64,000 nucleotides of DNA from Octopus sinensis (GCF_006345805.1 NC_043010.1:27094001-27158000); one strand, 5' to 3'; counted from the first letter of the stretch, positions 12,961 through 26,149 are shown. Notes: generated by a model not told the origin, from the sequence alone. A program made the numbers and translations.

Positions 12961-14598
12961 GTGCTTTTTACGTGCCACCGGCACGAGGCCAGTCGGGGCA
13001 GCGCTGGCAACGGCCACGTTCAGATGGTTCTTTTACGTACCACCGGCACTTGTATCACAGCTGCAATTTCCATTGATGTCGATCGATTTAGATTTTCACT
13101 TGCCTCAACAGGTCTTCACAAGCAGAGTTTTGTGTCCCAAGAAGGAAAGGTATGCATAAGTGGACTGGCTACATCCCATGTAGAGGCCACGGGTTATGGT
13201 CTCACTTGTCCTGCCGGGTCTTCTCACGCACAGCATACTTCCAGAGGTCTCGGTCTCTAGTCATTTCCTCGGTGAGACCTAAAGTTCGAAGGTCGTGCTT
13301 CACCACCTCGTCCCAGGTTTTCCTGGGTCTGCCTCTTCCACAGGTTCCCTCAACTGCTAGGGTGTGGCACTTTTTCACACAACTATCTTCATCCATTCTT
13401 GCCACATGACCATACCAGCGCAAACGTCTCTCTTGCACACCACAACTGATGCTTTTCTCTCAAGGTACTTACACTCTGTCGAGTATGAACACTGACATTA
13501 CACATCCATCAGATCATACTGGCTTCATTTCTTGCGAGCTTACGCATATCCTCAGCAGTCACAGCCCATGTTTCACTGCCATGTAGCATGGCTGTTCGTA
13601 CACACGCATCATACAGTCTGCCTTTTACTCTGAGCGAGAGGCCTTTTGTCACCAGCAGAGGTAAGAGCTCTCTGAACTTTGCCCAAGCTATTCTTACTCT
13701 AGCAGTTACACTTTCAGCACACCCGCCCCCGCTACTGACTTAGTCACCTAGGTAACAGAAGCTATCAACTATTTCTAGTTTTTCTCCCTGGAATATGGCA
13801 GAAGTTGGTCTCAGAGCATTTTCAGTGTTTATTGCTCCTGAGCATCTGCCACATACAAAAACTATCTTCCTAGTTAGCCTTCCATTGACATTGCTGCACC
13901 TCTTATGTGTCCATAGCTTACACTTGGTGCATCTTATAGAGTTTCTATCTACACCTTTTCTACAGATTGAGCAAGGCCATCTACCTGAAGGCGTTTGTGA
14001 TTTGTCTACCTTTCTACTTATTAGGACTTTGGTTTTAGCTAGATTGACTCGAAGGCCCTTCGATTCTAATCCTTGCTTCCACACCTGAAACTTCGCCTCC
14101 AGTTCTGATAGTGACTCAGCAATTAGAGCAAGGTCATCAGCATAGAGGAGCTCCCAGGGGCATCCTGTCTTGAATTCCTCCGTTATTGCCTGGAGGACTA
14201 TGATAAATAGGAGGGGGCTGAGGACTGAGCCTTGGTGGACCCCTATCTCTACCCAGAATTCTTCACTGTACTCGTTGCCAACCCTCACCTTACTAGCGGC
14301 GTCCCTGTACATGGCTCACACAGCTCTCACTAACCATTCATCTATCCCTAGTTTCCTCATTGACCACCAGATAAGGGATCGGGGGACCCTGTCAAAGGCT
14401 TTCTCCATGTCAACAAAAGCCAGGTACAGGGGCTTATCTTTGGCTAGGTATTTCACCTGCAGCTGCCTTACCAGGAATATAGCATCAGTGGTACTTTTCC
14501 CTGGCATGAACCCAAACTGCATCTCATCTAAACTAACTCTCTCTCTAATTAGTTAGGCTATGACCCTCTCCGTAACCTTCATTACCTGACCCAACATA
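12961..14598 (-). mobile_element. RTE-clade LINE fragment (RT C-terminal half and 3' UTR)
   Basis: ORFs 14316-14522, 13740-14312 and 13202-13438 closely match 6690-8300. Confidence 0.95.
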
Positions 14599-14862
14599 TA
14601 TATATATATATATAATAATAGGCGCAGGAGTGGCTGTGTGGTAAGTAGCTTGTTTATCAACCACATGGTTCCGGGTTCAGTCCCACTGCGTGGCACCTTG
14701 GGCAAGTGTCTTCTGCTATAGCCTCGGGTGGATTTGGTAGATGGAAACTGAAAAGAAGCCCATCGTATATATATATATATAACAAAGTTGAGTTGTGGGG
14801 TATCGCACGAGTGGAATTATATAAGAATGAAGGTTTGAAAATGCAATTTAAAAGATGTTTAT

Positions 14863-14907
14863 TTACTTAACCGGTTTCACTCTTTGGAAAAAGATTGTCA
14901 AAAGTAA
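14863..14907 (-). ncRNA. Degenerate hammerhead ribozyme (inverted pLTR)
   Basis: TTACTT-TTGACAA-TCTTT(ttcc)AAAGAGT-GAAA-CCG-GTT|AAGTAA; core CTGANGA is mutated. Confidence 0.5.
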
Positions 14908-16382
14908 CATATGGAAGTTTGGTTGCGTTAATTATTGGTTGTTGCAAATTGCCACATTACATGTATATATACAGTCTTTGGTAACAGGGACATGTTAAGG
15001 ACATAAAAAAGTACAACAGTATGATGAGAATATTTGAAAAAATGGGCAGAAAAGATTAAAACAAATATATTATACATCTCAGGGTAATTTCCGGGAGGAA
15101 ATATCAAAAAAAAGTTCAGTACAGAATATTATGAATTCAAAATAATTTACATAATTGCCACATTACATGTATATATACAGTCTTTGGTAACAGGGACATG
15201 TTAAGGACATAAAAAAGTACAACAGTATGATGAGAATATTTGAAAAAATGGGCAGAAAAGAATAAAACAAATATATTATTGAAAGTTTGGTTGCGTTAAT
15301 TATTGGTTGTTGCAAATTGCCACATTACATGTATATATACAGTCTTTGGTAACAGGGACATGTTAAGGACATAAAAAAGTACAACAGTATGATGAGAATA
15401 TTTGAAAAAATGGGCAGAAAAGATTAAAACAAATATATTATACATCTCAGGGTCAGTACAGAATATTATGAATTCAAGGCGAGGTTGTTTACTGACCTGT
15501 CCGTTTTAGCAGAAATGTAGAATTGAAAAAGATGTACCCGTTTTTTTCTTTTTTTGGCTTTCCTTCAAGCATCAATGATTTTGGGGTTAGGATGAGGTGA
15601 ATATGTGTGTCCCTGCGTGTATGTGTGTGTGCATACACATACATGTGGTGTGAATAGATGTGCCTGTGTGTCTGTAGTATTTGGTTAGATGGCATCTGTT
15701 TGTCAAGTGTGTGTGGTTGTCATGGTGTTGTGTGTGTGTGTGTGCATGTGTGTGTGTGCGTGTGTGTGTGTGCGTGCGTGTGTACGCATGCATGAGTGTG
15801 GATGGCATTTGACATGGTGCTGCGTGTGTATATATGTGCCTGTATGGAGGTGAGACTGGTGTGAGTGTGCGTGTCCCTGTGTGCATGCACACACACGTAT
15901 ACAAGCATCTGCGTGTGTGTGGGGGCTGTTTTTGAATGGTTCCAGGGTGGCGAAAATAGATGTGTGCTGTTTAAAGAATTTTTTGGTGTATGATGGTGTG
16001 TGTATATATGAGTACCCGCCCGTGCGTGCGCGTCTACGCATGTGTGCGGGCCATACACACACACACACACATCATACACACACACACACACACACACACA
16101 TATCTCACCCCCCACACACACACACAACACACACACATAATATACACACACACAACACACACACACACAACACACACACATACAGAACACACACACAACG
16201 TACACACATATATAATACACACATACAACACACAACTATAACATATATTTATATATAATATACACACATATAACACACACACAACACACACACACACACA
16301 ACACACGCACACATACATACATAATATAAATACAACACAAATACACCTAACACATATATACATACAATACACATACAAAAAA

Positions 16383-16889
16383 TTACTGGCAGCTCATAAA
16401 ATAATAAAAAGTAAGAGACAACCTAAATCCCTAAAAAACCTCCTCACCAACGCAAAATTACACAACACAAACCCACCGCCCACCATCAAAAAATGTGGTC
16501 GCCCCAACTGCAGGACTTGCATCCACCTCATTGAGGGATCAACATACAAGTTCCACTCGGGACACACATTCATTATAAAAAATAATTTCACATGCGCATC
16601 AAAAAATTTACTCTACGTCATAAGGTGTGAAGGATGCCACGAAGACTACATAGGGCAAACGAGCCTTACCCTCGGAGAAAGAATGACAGTTCACTGACAA
16701 CAACTGAGGGACCCCTCCACAAGACAGATACCACTAAGTGGACACTTAGACCTTTGTGCACACAATAAGTCCCCCAAATTCTTAGTCTTCCCACTATACC
16801 AATGCTCGGACAACACAACAGACCAAACACGAATAAATAGGGAAAGTAATCTTATTCAAAAATACAGACCACAACTAAACATACTCTAA
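16383..16889 (+). pseudogene. PLE GIY-YIG endonuclease fragment
   Basis: CGRPNCRTCIHL...FTCASKNLLYVIRCEGCHEDYIGQT..LGERMTVH*...RESNLIQKYRPQLNIL*; one internal stop (CGA>TGA). Confidence 0.9.
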
Positions 16890-19022
16890 CATACCCCCTA
16901 GGCACACATCCAGAGCAAGCACACAGGGACACGCGCACACTCGCAACATATCATGCGGGTGGACGCATGCACGCATCGGCACACATAGGGCACACTAGCG
17001 AGCATTGACCACACACATACGCGGCACGCACACGCATGCATTATATATATGTATGTTATGTATGTATGTGAGTGTTGTGTGGGTTGTGTGTGTGTGTGTG
17101 CGTTGTGTGTGTGTGTGTGCGCGTGTGTGTGTGTGTGTGCGTTGTGTGTGTGTATGTATTTATATGTGTATATGTTTTATACATATGTATATATGTGTGT
17201 GTTGTGTGTGTATATGCATTGTATATGTGTATATGTGAGTACATTGTTTGTGTGTGTGTGTGTGGTATGTAGATATATATGTGTGTGTACGCTATATTTA
17301 TGTATTTGGTGTGTGTGGGTGCATTATATATATATGTATGTGTATATGTGTGAATATATATATATATGTGTGTGTATATATATGTGCATTATATGCATGT
17401 TCATTGTGTATATGTATATTATATGTATGTGTGTTGTATATGTATGTGTACATTATGTGTATATGTATGTGTATATATGCATTGTATATATGTATATTGT
17501 ATGTGTGTTATATATGCATGAATACATATATATACATTGCATGTATATATATGTATGCATTGTGTATGTGTATGTTATGTATATATATGTTATATGTATG
17601 CGTATGTGTATATGTATACATTGTATGTATGTATATTGTGTGTATATGTGGTATATTTATGTATGTGTATGTAAACACTATATATATGTATATATGTATA
17701 TATGTATATGCATTGTCCATATATATATATTATATGTATGTATTGTGTATGTATGTTATATGTATATATTGTGTCTGTGTATTATATATATGCTGTGTAT
17801 GTGTATTGTATGTATATATGTGTTAGGTGTATTTGTGTTGTATTTATATTATGTATGTATGTGTGCATGTGTTGTGTGTGTTGTGTGTGTGTGTCTTGTG
17901 TGTGTGTGTCTTGTGTGTGTGTGTTATATGTGTGCATATTATATATAAATATGTTATAGTTGTGTGTTGTGTGTTTGTATATTATGTGTGTGTGTGTGTT
18001 GTGTGTGTGGGGGGTGAGATATGTGTGTGTGTGTGGTGTGTGTGTGTATGATGTGTGTGTGTGTGTGTGTGTATATGTATATGTAGTGTGTGTGTATGGC
18101 CCGCACACACGCGTAGACGCGCACGCGCGCGCACGGGCGGGCACGCATATATACACACACCATCCTACCCCAAAAAATTCTTTAAACAACACACATCTAT
18201 TTTCACCACCCTGGAACCATTCAAAAACAGCCCCCACACACACGCAGACGCTTGTATACGTGTGTGTGCACGCACACAGGGGGACGCACACTCACACCAG
18301 TCTCACCTCCATACAGGCACATATATACACACGCAGCACCATGTCAAATGCCATCCACACTCATGCATGCGTACACATGCACACACACGCACACTCACGC
18401 ACACACAACACCATGACAACCACACACACTTGACAAACAGACGCCATCTGACCAAATACTACAGACACACAGACACATCTATTCACACCACATGTATGTG
18501 TATGCACGCACACATACACGCAGGGACACACATATTCACCTCATCCTAACCCCAAAATCATTGATGCTTGAAGGAAAGCCAAAAAAAGAAAAAAACGGGT
18601 ACATCTTTTTCAATTCTACATTTCTGCTAAAACGGACAGGTCAGTAAACAACCTCGCCTTGAATTCATAATATTCTGTACTGACCCTATGATGTATAATA
18701 TATTTGTTTTAATCTTTTCTGCCCATTTTTTCAAATATTCTCATCATACTGTTGTACTTTTTTATGTCCTTAACATGTCCCTGTTACCAAAGACTGTATA
18801 TATACATGTAATGTGGCAATTTGCAACAACCAATAATTAACGCAACCAAACTTCCAATAATCTTTTTGTTTTATTCTTTTCTACCCATTTTTTCAAATAT
18901 TCTCATCATACTGTTGTACTTTTTTATGTCCTTAACATGTCCCTGTTACCAAAGACTGTATATATACATGTAATGTGGCAATTTGCAACAACCAATAATC
19001 AACGCAACCAAACTTCCATATG

Positions 19023-19067
19023 TTACTTTTGACAATCTTTTTCCAAAGAGTGAAACCGGTTAAGTAA
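19023..19067 (+). ncRNA. Degenerate hammerhead ribozyme (3' pLTR)
   Basis: Same sequence as 14863-14907 on the opposite strand. Confidence 0.5.
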
Positions 19068-19106
19068 ATAAACATCTTTTAAATTGCATTTTCAAACCTT
19101 CTTTCG

Positions 19107-19141
<35 letters not shown>

Positions 19142-19390
19142 TATATATATGTGTGTATATATGTGTGTGTGTGTGTGTGTGTGTGCGTGTATGTTTGTGT
19201 GTCTGTTTGTCCCCCTAGCATTGCTTGACAACTGATGCTGGTGTGTTTATGTCCCCGTCACTTAGCAGTTCGGCAAAAGAGATCAATAGAATAAGTCCCG
19301 GGGTCGAGTTGCTCGATTAAAGGCGCTGCTCCAGCATGGCTGCAGTCAAATGACTGAAACAAGTAAAAGAGTATACATCCATGTATATAC

Positions 19391-19435
<45 letters not shown>

Positions 19436-19460
19436 CAACTATATATATATTTCTATATGT

Positions 19461-19507
<47 letters not shown>

Positions 19508-19799
19508 AATTTAAATTTAAATTAATAAGGGTGAAAAATTGAATATTAATTTGATTAATATGAATTGAAAACCAGTGGTGTAACATATAAGACTATAGCA
19601 GATCTTCTTCTAGCAAAATGGATGTCCACTCTTAATAGTTCATCCTTCTTATATAATAGTTTGACTTTAATAGTTACAGTATTAAAGTGAAAGCATCTGA
19701 CATTACAATTGAGAGATGTTTTTGTTTCACTTTAACACTTTTAACATAGTGGAGAAGATATGATATTGCTGTGGGCTTGCACTAGGCAAGAAGTTAAAT

Positions 19800-19928
19800 T
19801 TTTTTGCCCATGACACTACATGGACCCTAAGTAAGGCATGTGTAAAATTTGATTGAAATTGGTTGTGTAGTTCTCAAGTTTTAGGGATTCACATAGACAG
19901 ACACACATTCTCAGTTTTATATATATAG

Positions 19929-19930
<2 letters not shown>
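19800..19930 (+). mobile_element. Helitron/Helentron-type non-autonomous fragment
   Basis: AAATTTGATTGAAATTGGTTG...ACAGACACAC...TTTTATATATATAGAT end resembles these families; family-level recall only. Confidence 0.4.
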
Positions 19931-20003
<73 letters not shown>

Positions 20004-20269
20004 ATAATATATATATATATGCATACACACACACACACACAATGGGTATAGAACTTGGCACACATATTTCTTTCAAGTCCTGGAGAGCTTGCATACTGTA
20101 TACAAATCTTGTTGAATGTTCTTTGGTTACAAAATTTGGCACATGTGTAGTTGTATGTACAAAATCTATGGCATGCAGAAATGGCATTAGCAACAAATCC
20201 CGGTGCATATAAATTTATATATCAAAATTTTACTCATGCAAGTTTTCTACCTAAATATTTAGGTTGAAA

Positions 20270-20660
20270 ACTTTGTGAATGTGCAGCAGGTTGTAAATTT
20301 GGTGCATGCATATTTAAATGTAAACTTGGCAAATATGCAGAAAGGTGACAGCTTGGTGCATGCATATTGGCTAAAAAGCTTGGTGTGTGTGCATTAGGTT
20401 TAATACTCAGATAATGCACATTGGCATTAGAACATAGAACATGCAAATTGGCTTCAAAACTTGTTGCATGTGCATGCTGTCCAAACATAAAGCATGCACA
20501 CTGACTCAAAAACTTGGTATGTGCATATTGGATTCAAAACTTGGTGCATACACAGTGTGTGCAAAAGCTACTGCATGCACCTTGTTTTAAAAATCAGCAT
20601 GTGTGTGCATTGGCTTCAGAACACTTGGTCCCTGCATGTTGAGTTCAAAACTTGGCACAT
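20270..20660. repeat. Degenerate minisatellite (~25-28 bp unit, TGCATTGGCTTCAAAACTTGG-like)
   Basis: Recurrent CTTGG/TGCAT/TCAAAA motifs at regular spacing. Confidence 0.6.
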
Positions 20661-20752
20661 ATTGATTAAATTTTATATAAATGAAAGCATTTTATTTCTA
20701 CAGAGTGGAAAGGAAAGCATTCAGTTGTTATTGATGTGTGTAGCTGCATATA

Positions 20753-22230
20753 TGAGGTGGCATCAAAAATGTTCCTGCATTAGTTATGTTTAATAAAACA
20801 TAACTCAGAAAATTACTATTTTTAAATCTCACAATGTGAGATATTCAGTACTTTGTAGTAAAGATTGTTTGCCAACATAACATGGCAGTCCTGGTTTAGG
20901 ACTAATGTTGCTGTAATTTAGCCCCAGGAGACATTCTGTGTTGATGAAGAGAAATAACCCAGAAATCGCGATACACAGATATTGTTTTGAGCTTAGTGGG
21001 GGTGCTACATTCCCTTGTTTGAAAATATAAGGCCACAGATCGTGTCGTATAGCCAGCTGGAGACGGTGTCTCCTGGGGCTAAATTACAGCAACATTAGTC
21101 CTAAACCAGGATTGCCACGTTATGTCGGCAAACAATTTTTACTACAAAAAAAAACTTATTTACCTAAATTTTAATAATCTTCTCCTTCGAAACAGTCACC
21201 TCATGATGCAATACACCAATCTCAGCATTCCTACCACTTTTGGAATCTTGCCTGGAAGTTGTTTTCTGTAAGTGAAGTTGTCTTCAACAATTCACTCTGG
21301 ATTTCGACAATGGAGTTAAAACGTCGACTTTTGAGCTGCATTTTCATCTTGGAAGAGAGATGGAAGTCCAAAGATGCGGAAGCGATACCATTCTGTTTTT
21401 GGTGAGAAACTCATGAATGAAGAGATCTCAGTGACAGGGTGCATTGTCGTTATGAAGAATTCAATTCTTTGTGTTCAAGAGATTCAGTTGCTTTTGCTAA
21501 ATGTTCTCCCTCAAATGCTTCAAAAACATCACAGTAGAACTGTCGATTGAGGATCTGGCTCTGGGGAATGAATTCTTGATGCACAATAAAGCAGATGTCA
21601 CAAAAATCTATGAGCATTCTCTTGATTGCGCTGAGGCTCTGTCATGCTTTCTTCAATTGTGGAGATGAAGGGTTCTTCCATTGTGATGACTGCTGTATTG
21701 TCTCAGGGTTGTACCTGTAGACCTAACTCTCATCACCAGTGATAATTCTCAACATGAAGGATGGGTCGTCAGTGGCACACTGATCGAGATCTTTCTGCTC
21801 AGTCGTCAGCAGGTGGGGGACAAATTTGACGGACATGTCACATGTTCAATTCAGACATTAGGATTGTCTGTACAGACCCATATGACAAACCAACAACATC
21901 AGTAATGTCATCGATTGTCCTCCAATGATCTTCATGCACAAGCTGAGGAATCACCACATATTTTCAAGGGTGACACTCATGGCAGACCTTCCAGACTGCT
22001 CATCATCTACCAGGAATGTTCTTCCATATTTGAAGAGCCCATGCCACTTGAAACATTGTTTTGTTGTCGTAAGCTTGCTGAAGCATGCTCAATGTCTTTG
22101 TAACAGACTTCCCCAGTTTAATGCTCTTTGTTCCAACTTCTGCCAATGACAAAATCACAGACTACAGCACACATGAGATTACAAAACAAAAACACATGTT
22201 TTAAAACTTACAAAGCAAACACAGTGATGT
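20753..22230 (-). mobile_element. Highly degenerate mariner-like remnant interrupted by a MITE
   Basis: TA|TGAGGTGGCATCAAAAATGTTCC terminus and decayed transposase-like text on the minus strand. Confidence 0.45.
20854..21146. mobile_element. MITE with ~80-bp TIRs
   Basis: 20854-20933 is approximately the reverse complement of 21067-21146. Confidence 0.85.
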
Positions 22231-22259
22231 CAGTCAGCACACTGTCTCATGAAGATCAA

Positions 22260-23060
22260 CCTCAATCAGGCAGACCTAAATTTGTGAACCATTTGACTGT
22301 AAGAAAGGCTCTCAAAAGTGATCTGAAGCTGAAAATGACTGCACTCACAAAGAACAACAACTTCTTGGTGGCCATGGTGTCCAGGGCCATCAAGGAGGAG
22401 GGTGGCAAGAGCTTAAGGTGTGTGGAAAAGCCTCTGCTCATCAACCATTTATGAGAATAATGTCGGGAGTGCTGTTGTTGCCTTCTCAATGTCTTGACTG
22501 TCATGGTAATCGAATTCTCATTTTTCTGATGAAAAACCTTCAGAGTTAATCGGTTGTTTACAAGTAGAACAACTGCATGGTCAGCTTTGGCCAGGATGTC
22601 TCCAAGGTTTGTTATGTGTTTATGACCAAGCACCTGGCCTCCATGATGATGTTAGGCATTGTGGGCTCAAATGGTGGGAAGATGTTGCTGGTGTGGTTCA
22701 TAGCCAGTTACAGGCTCACTGCGGCTGACTACAGGGATATCTTGGGTACGAAAGTCCTGTTCTGGGTGAGAAAGATCACAAAGAAGGCTGACTACATCTT
22801 TCAGCAGGACAGTGCCCCAGTCCAATTGGCCAAGGCTGTGCAAGAGTGGTTAGGGTCAAACATGAACCTCTGGTCAAAGGTCTTTTGGCTGCTGCAGTTG
22901 CCCATCCCCAACTCCCTTGACTATAATGTGTGGGTGCATGTTGAGGGCAAGGTCTGTCAACTGCCTGTGGGCCAACATGAGAAAGGACTTCCTTCGTAAT
23001 GTGTGTGTGGCCTTCAGGTCTCGCCTGGAGCATGTGCTCACTGCCGAGGGCAGTCACGTT
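22260..23060 (+). mobile_element. Tc1/mariner superfamily (maT-like) transposase remnant
   Basis: FSDEK, QQDSAP and NSLDYNVW motifs; frameshifted. Confidence 0.8.
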
Positions 23061-23749
23061 GATTAATAGTGATATTTAAACATATATTTGTAAGTTAAAA
23101 CAATAAAAACATGTCTAGCTGCATCAAAACTATCTTTGTGTCCTTTGTTGAGAGCATTGTAACGAGTGTAACAGGATTTTCGCAAAGCCAAGTTTATATA
23201 CAAGTGTGTGCATGTGTGTGTGTGTGTGTGCATGTGTGGGTGTTTCCCACCACTGCTTAACAACTGGTGTTGGTGTCTTTACATCCCTATTTGGTAAACA
23301 GACCAATAGAATAAATATCAGGTGTTAAAGCAAATTAGTTCTCATGTTGATTTATTTGACAAAAATTCTTCAAGGTGATTCCCCAGCTGGGGCACAGCCA
23401 AATGGCTGAAACAAGTAAAGGAAGAGATGTGTATAACAATGTGCATATATATAAGACAGCAGGATTGCTTTCTATTAAGGCTGGAACATGAGCAATTTTG
23501 TCTTTGTTGTTCTGCTATAGTTATTCCTAATTTCCAGCTGCTATTTTTTGGTAGTTTTAAAGAGACTGACTCACAGTCTTGTACAGAAAAGCAAAAAAAT
23601 AATGGCATATACATTTTGGTAAAAGTCCATTTAACAATTATATATATACACCTCTCTGCATATGATCTACATCTAACATTACACTGTTCATTACAAAATA
23701 ATAGCATATTTTTTCATCATTTACCAAGTTTTATATGACAAGGAAAGGT

Positions 23750-24544
23750 CAATTTGTCAGAAAAAGCAAAAGAAAATCACTACATCAGATCTAAAAGGCT
23801 CTCAAACAAACTGAAAAATCCAGCAGAGGAAGATTTGATTTGGTTTTTCTCAAATGAGAAACACTTCCATCAAGATCAAAAAAGTTAACAGAAGAAATGA
23901 CAGATGGTTATGTGCAGACCCTTCTTAAGTTCCAAGTGTTATGCATACAAAATTTCCTGCAACTATCATGGTTTTAAGGGTTGTCAGCAATGAAGTGCCT
24001 CCTTACTTCTTTCCACAAGGCTTTAGAGTTAACTCTGCTGCCTACATTGAGGTCCTGGGAATAATTGTTAAGTCCTGGATAGACAGTGTATGCAATGGAA
24101 GGCCATATGGGTTCCAGTAAGTCTCTGCACTCTCATACATGGCTCTAGTAACACAGGGATGGTTGGCTGAAAATTTTCATGATCACATAACCCCTAACAT
24201 TTGGCCTCTTAATTCCTCATATCCCAATCCATTGGACTATTACATGCGGAGTGTTGTTGAAAGAGAGGTCAATGAACACGCCCATAACACCAACGATCCT
24301 TTGAAAACTGCCATAGTCAGAGTAATGTCCAAAATGAACCAGGATCACTTGATTCGAGCATGTAGATGATTTAGATCTCATATAGAAGCAGTTGTTGAAG
24401 CTGAAGGTGGCTTTATTGAATAACATTATAGAAAAGAAGGTTTATTTTTATCCTCATATGATATTTTTATAAATAAAGTTATCTGCCATTATATATCTGC
24501 TTTTTATAAACATAAATCTGTCCTCAAATATCTTATGCACCCTG
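23750..24544 (+). mobile_element. maT (DD37D-type) transposon 3' part with right TIR
   Basis: NPLDYYMRSVVEREVN...AEGGFIE*; ends ...TATGCACCCTG|TA. Confidence 0.85.
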
Positions 24545-24565
24545 TATATATATATATATAATATA

Positions 24566-24596
<31 letters not shown>

Positions 24597-24752
24597 ATAT
24601 ATATATATATATTATATATATATGTATATATATATAGTTAATCCAAACAAAAAGCACAAAAAAACACAACAACGCAAGGACGTGGAACAAATATAGTATT
24701 ATTGGACGCTCAGAAAAGAAGGAAAGAAGAAGGGTAATAGTATAGTAAATAG

Positions 24753-24843
<91 letters not shown>

Positions 24844-24870
24844 ATATATATATATATATATATGTATATA

Positions 24871-24909
<39 letters not shown>

Positions 24910-25070
24910 CCAATTAAGGACTGAACACGAAAAGGTGGACAGTCAACATGCTAGATATAGACGTCAAATCGCCATTCTCCACAAGGATTATGTTCTCAAA
25001 TAAAAATAAAATTCAGCACGACCTAAAGCAATGGATGAGACAAAAGAAAAATACTAAGTGGAATAATTAC

Positions 25071-25130
25071 CTACGTACTGCAGTTTCAGCTATTAATATC
25101 ACAAGGATATCTGTAGCTTCATCAGCGTAG
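25071..25130 (-). ncRNA. Type I hammerhead ribozyme (copy 1)
   Basis: Minus strand reads CTACG-CTGATGA-AGCTA(cagATATCcttgtGATATtaa)TAGCT-GAAA-CTGCA-GTA|CGTAG. Stem I 5 bp, intact core, stem II, palindromic mini stem III, GUA cleavage triplet. Confidence 0.9.
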
Positions 25131-25574
25131 TTTGTTATGAGCATAATATGCTGTACTAGATGAAAAACGGTACCAGAGTCCCGCATGCAAAAAGTACAAC
25201 CTATTACGTTCGGATGTATCTTTCGAATGCCTCTACTTTTGGCGAGCTGATAATCGAAAAACTAGCCTGCAGCCAATAATTAGCAGCAGTCAATTTATCG
25301 GTTTGAGAACATATATTTCATATTTAAAAATTAAGGGTAGAAATTGATATTAGTCAATTAAAACCAGTGGTCTAGCACATAAAAAGAATCCGAAGATTAA
25401 AATATTTTATATACCAATTAAGGACTGAACACGAAAAGGTGGACAGTCAACATGCTAGATATAGACGTCAAATCGCCATTCTCCACAAGGATTATGTTCT
25501 CAAATAAAAATAAAATTCAGCACGACCTAAAGCAATGGATGAGACAAAAGAAAAATACTAAGTGGAATAATTAC

Positions 25575-25634
25575 CTACGTACTGCAGTTTCAGCTATTAA
25601 TATCACAAGGATATCTGTAGCTTCATCAGCGTAG
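25575..25634 (-). ncRNA. Type I hammerhead ribozyme (copy 2)
   Basis: Identical to copy 1, 504 nt upstream on the minus strand. Confidence 0.9.
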
Positions 25635-25663
25635 TTTGTTATGAGCATAATATGCTGTACTAG

Positions 25664-25723
<60 letters not shown>

Positions 25724-25741
25724 ATATATATATACTATTAC

Positions 25742-26125
25742 TATTTTACTTGTTTCAGTCATTTGACTGTGGCCATACTGGAGCACCGCCTTTAGTCGAG
25801 CAAATCGACCCCAGGACTTATTCTTTGTAAGCCTAGTACTTATTCTATCGGTCGCTTTTGCTGAACTGCTAAGTTAGGGTGACGTAAATACACCAGCATT
25901 GGTTGTCAAGCGATGTTGGGGGACAAACACAGACACACAAATATATACACACACACACACACACATATATATACATATATACGACGGGCTTCTTTCAGTT
26001 TCCGTCTACCAAATCCACTCACAAGGCTCTGGTCAAACTGAGGCTATAGTAGAAGACACTTGCCCAAGGTGCCATGCAGTCAGACTGAACAAGCTACTTA
26101 CCACACAGCCACTCATACGCCTATA
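25742..26125 (-). mobile_element. tRNA-derived SINE, family A
   Basis: Near full-length reverse complement of 48768-49198. Confidence 0.85.
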
Positions 26126-26149
26126 TATATATATTTATATATACATATA

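Larger units (their letters stand above)
14829..19101 (+). mobile_element. Penelope-like element with inverted 5' pseudo-LTR
   Basis: Arms 14829-16376 and 17797-19101 are reverse complements. The spacer holds a GIY-YIG fragment; each arm has a degenerate hammerhead and tandem ~135-bp subrepeats. Confidence 0.85.
24904..25665 (-). mobile_element. Non-autonomous retrozyme / mini Penelope-like element: 258-bp identical direct repeats, 504-bp period
   Basis: 24904-25161 is identical to 25408-25665; internal segment 246 bp; no substantial ORF; one hammerhead per repeat; inserted in (TA)n; CpGs intact. Confidence 0.85.

Noticed and set aside
14947-15450. Regularly repeated units resembling a CRISPR array
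   Set aside because: These are ~135-bp PLE subrepeats in eukaryotic DNA with no unique spacers and no cas genes.
22520-22540. CTGATGAAAAA motif
   Set aside because: It is the FSDEK codon run of the Tc1/maT transposase, with no ribozyme stems.
23342-23738. Open frames on both strands, one with a PDZ-like LKLPKNSSWKLGITIA stretch
   Set aside because: No continuation of the PDZ fold, no convincing donor on that strand and no recognisable homology.
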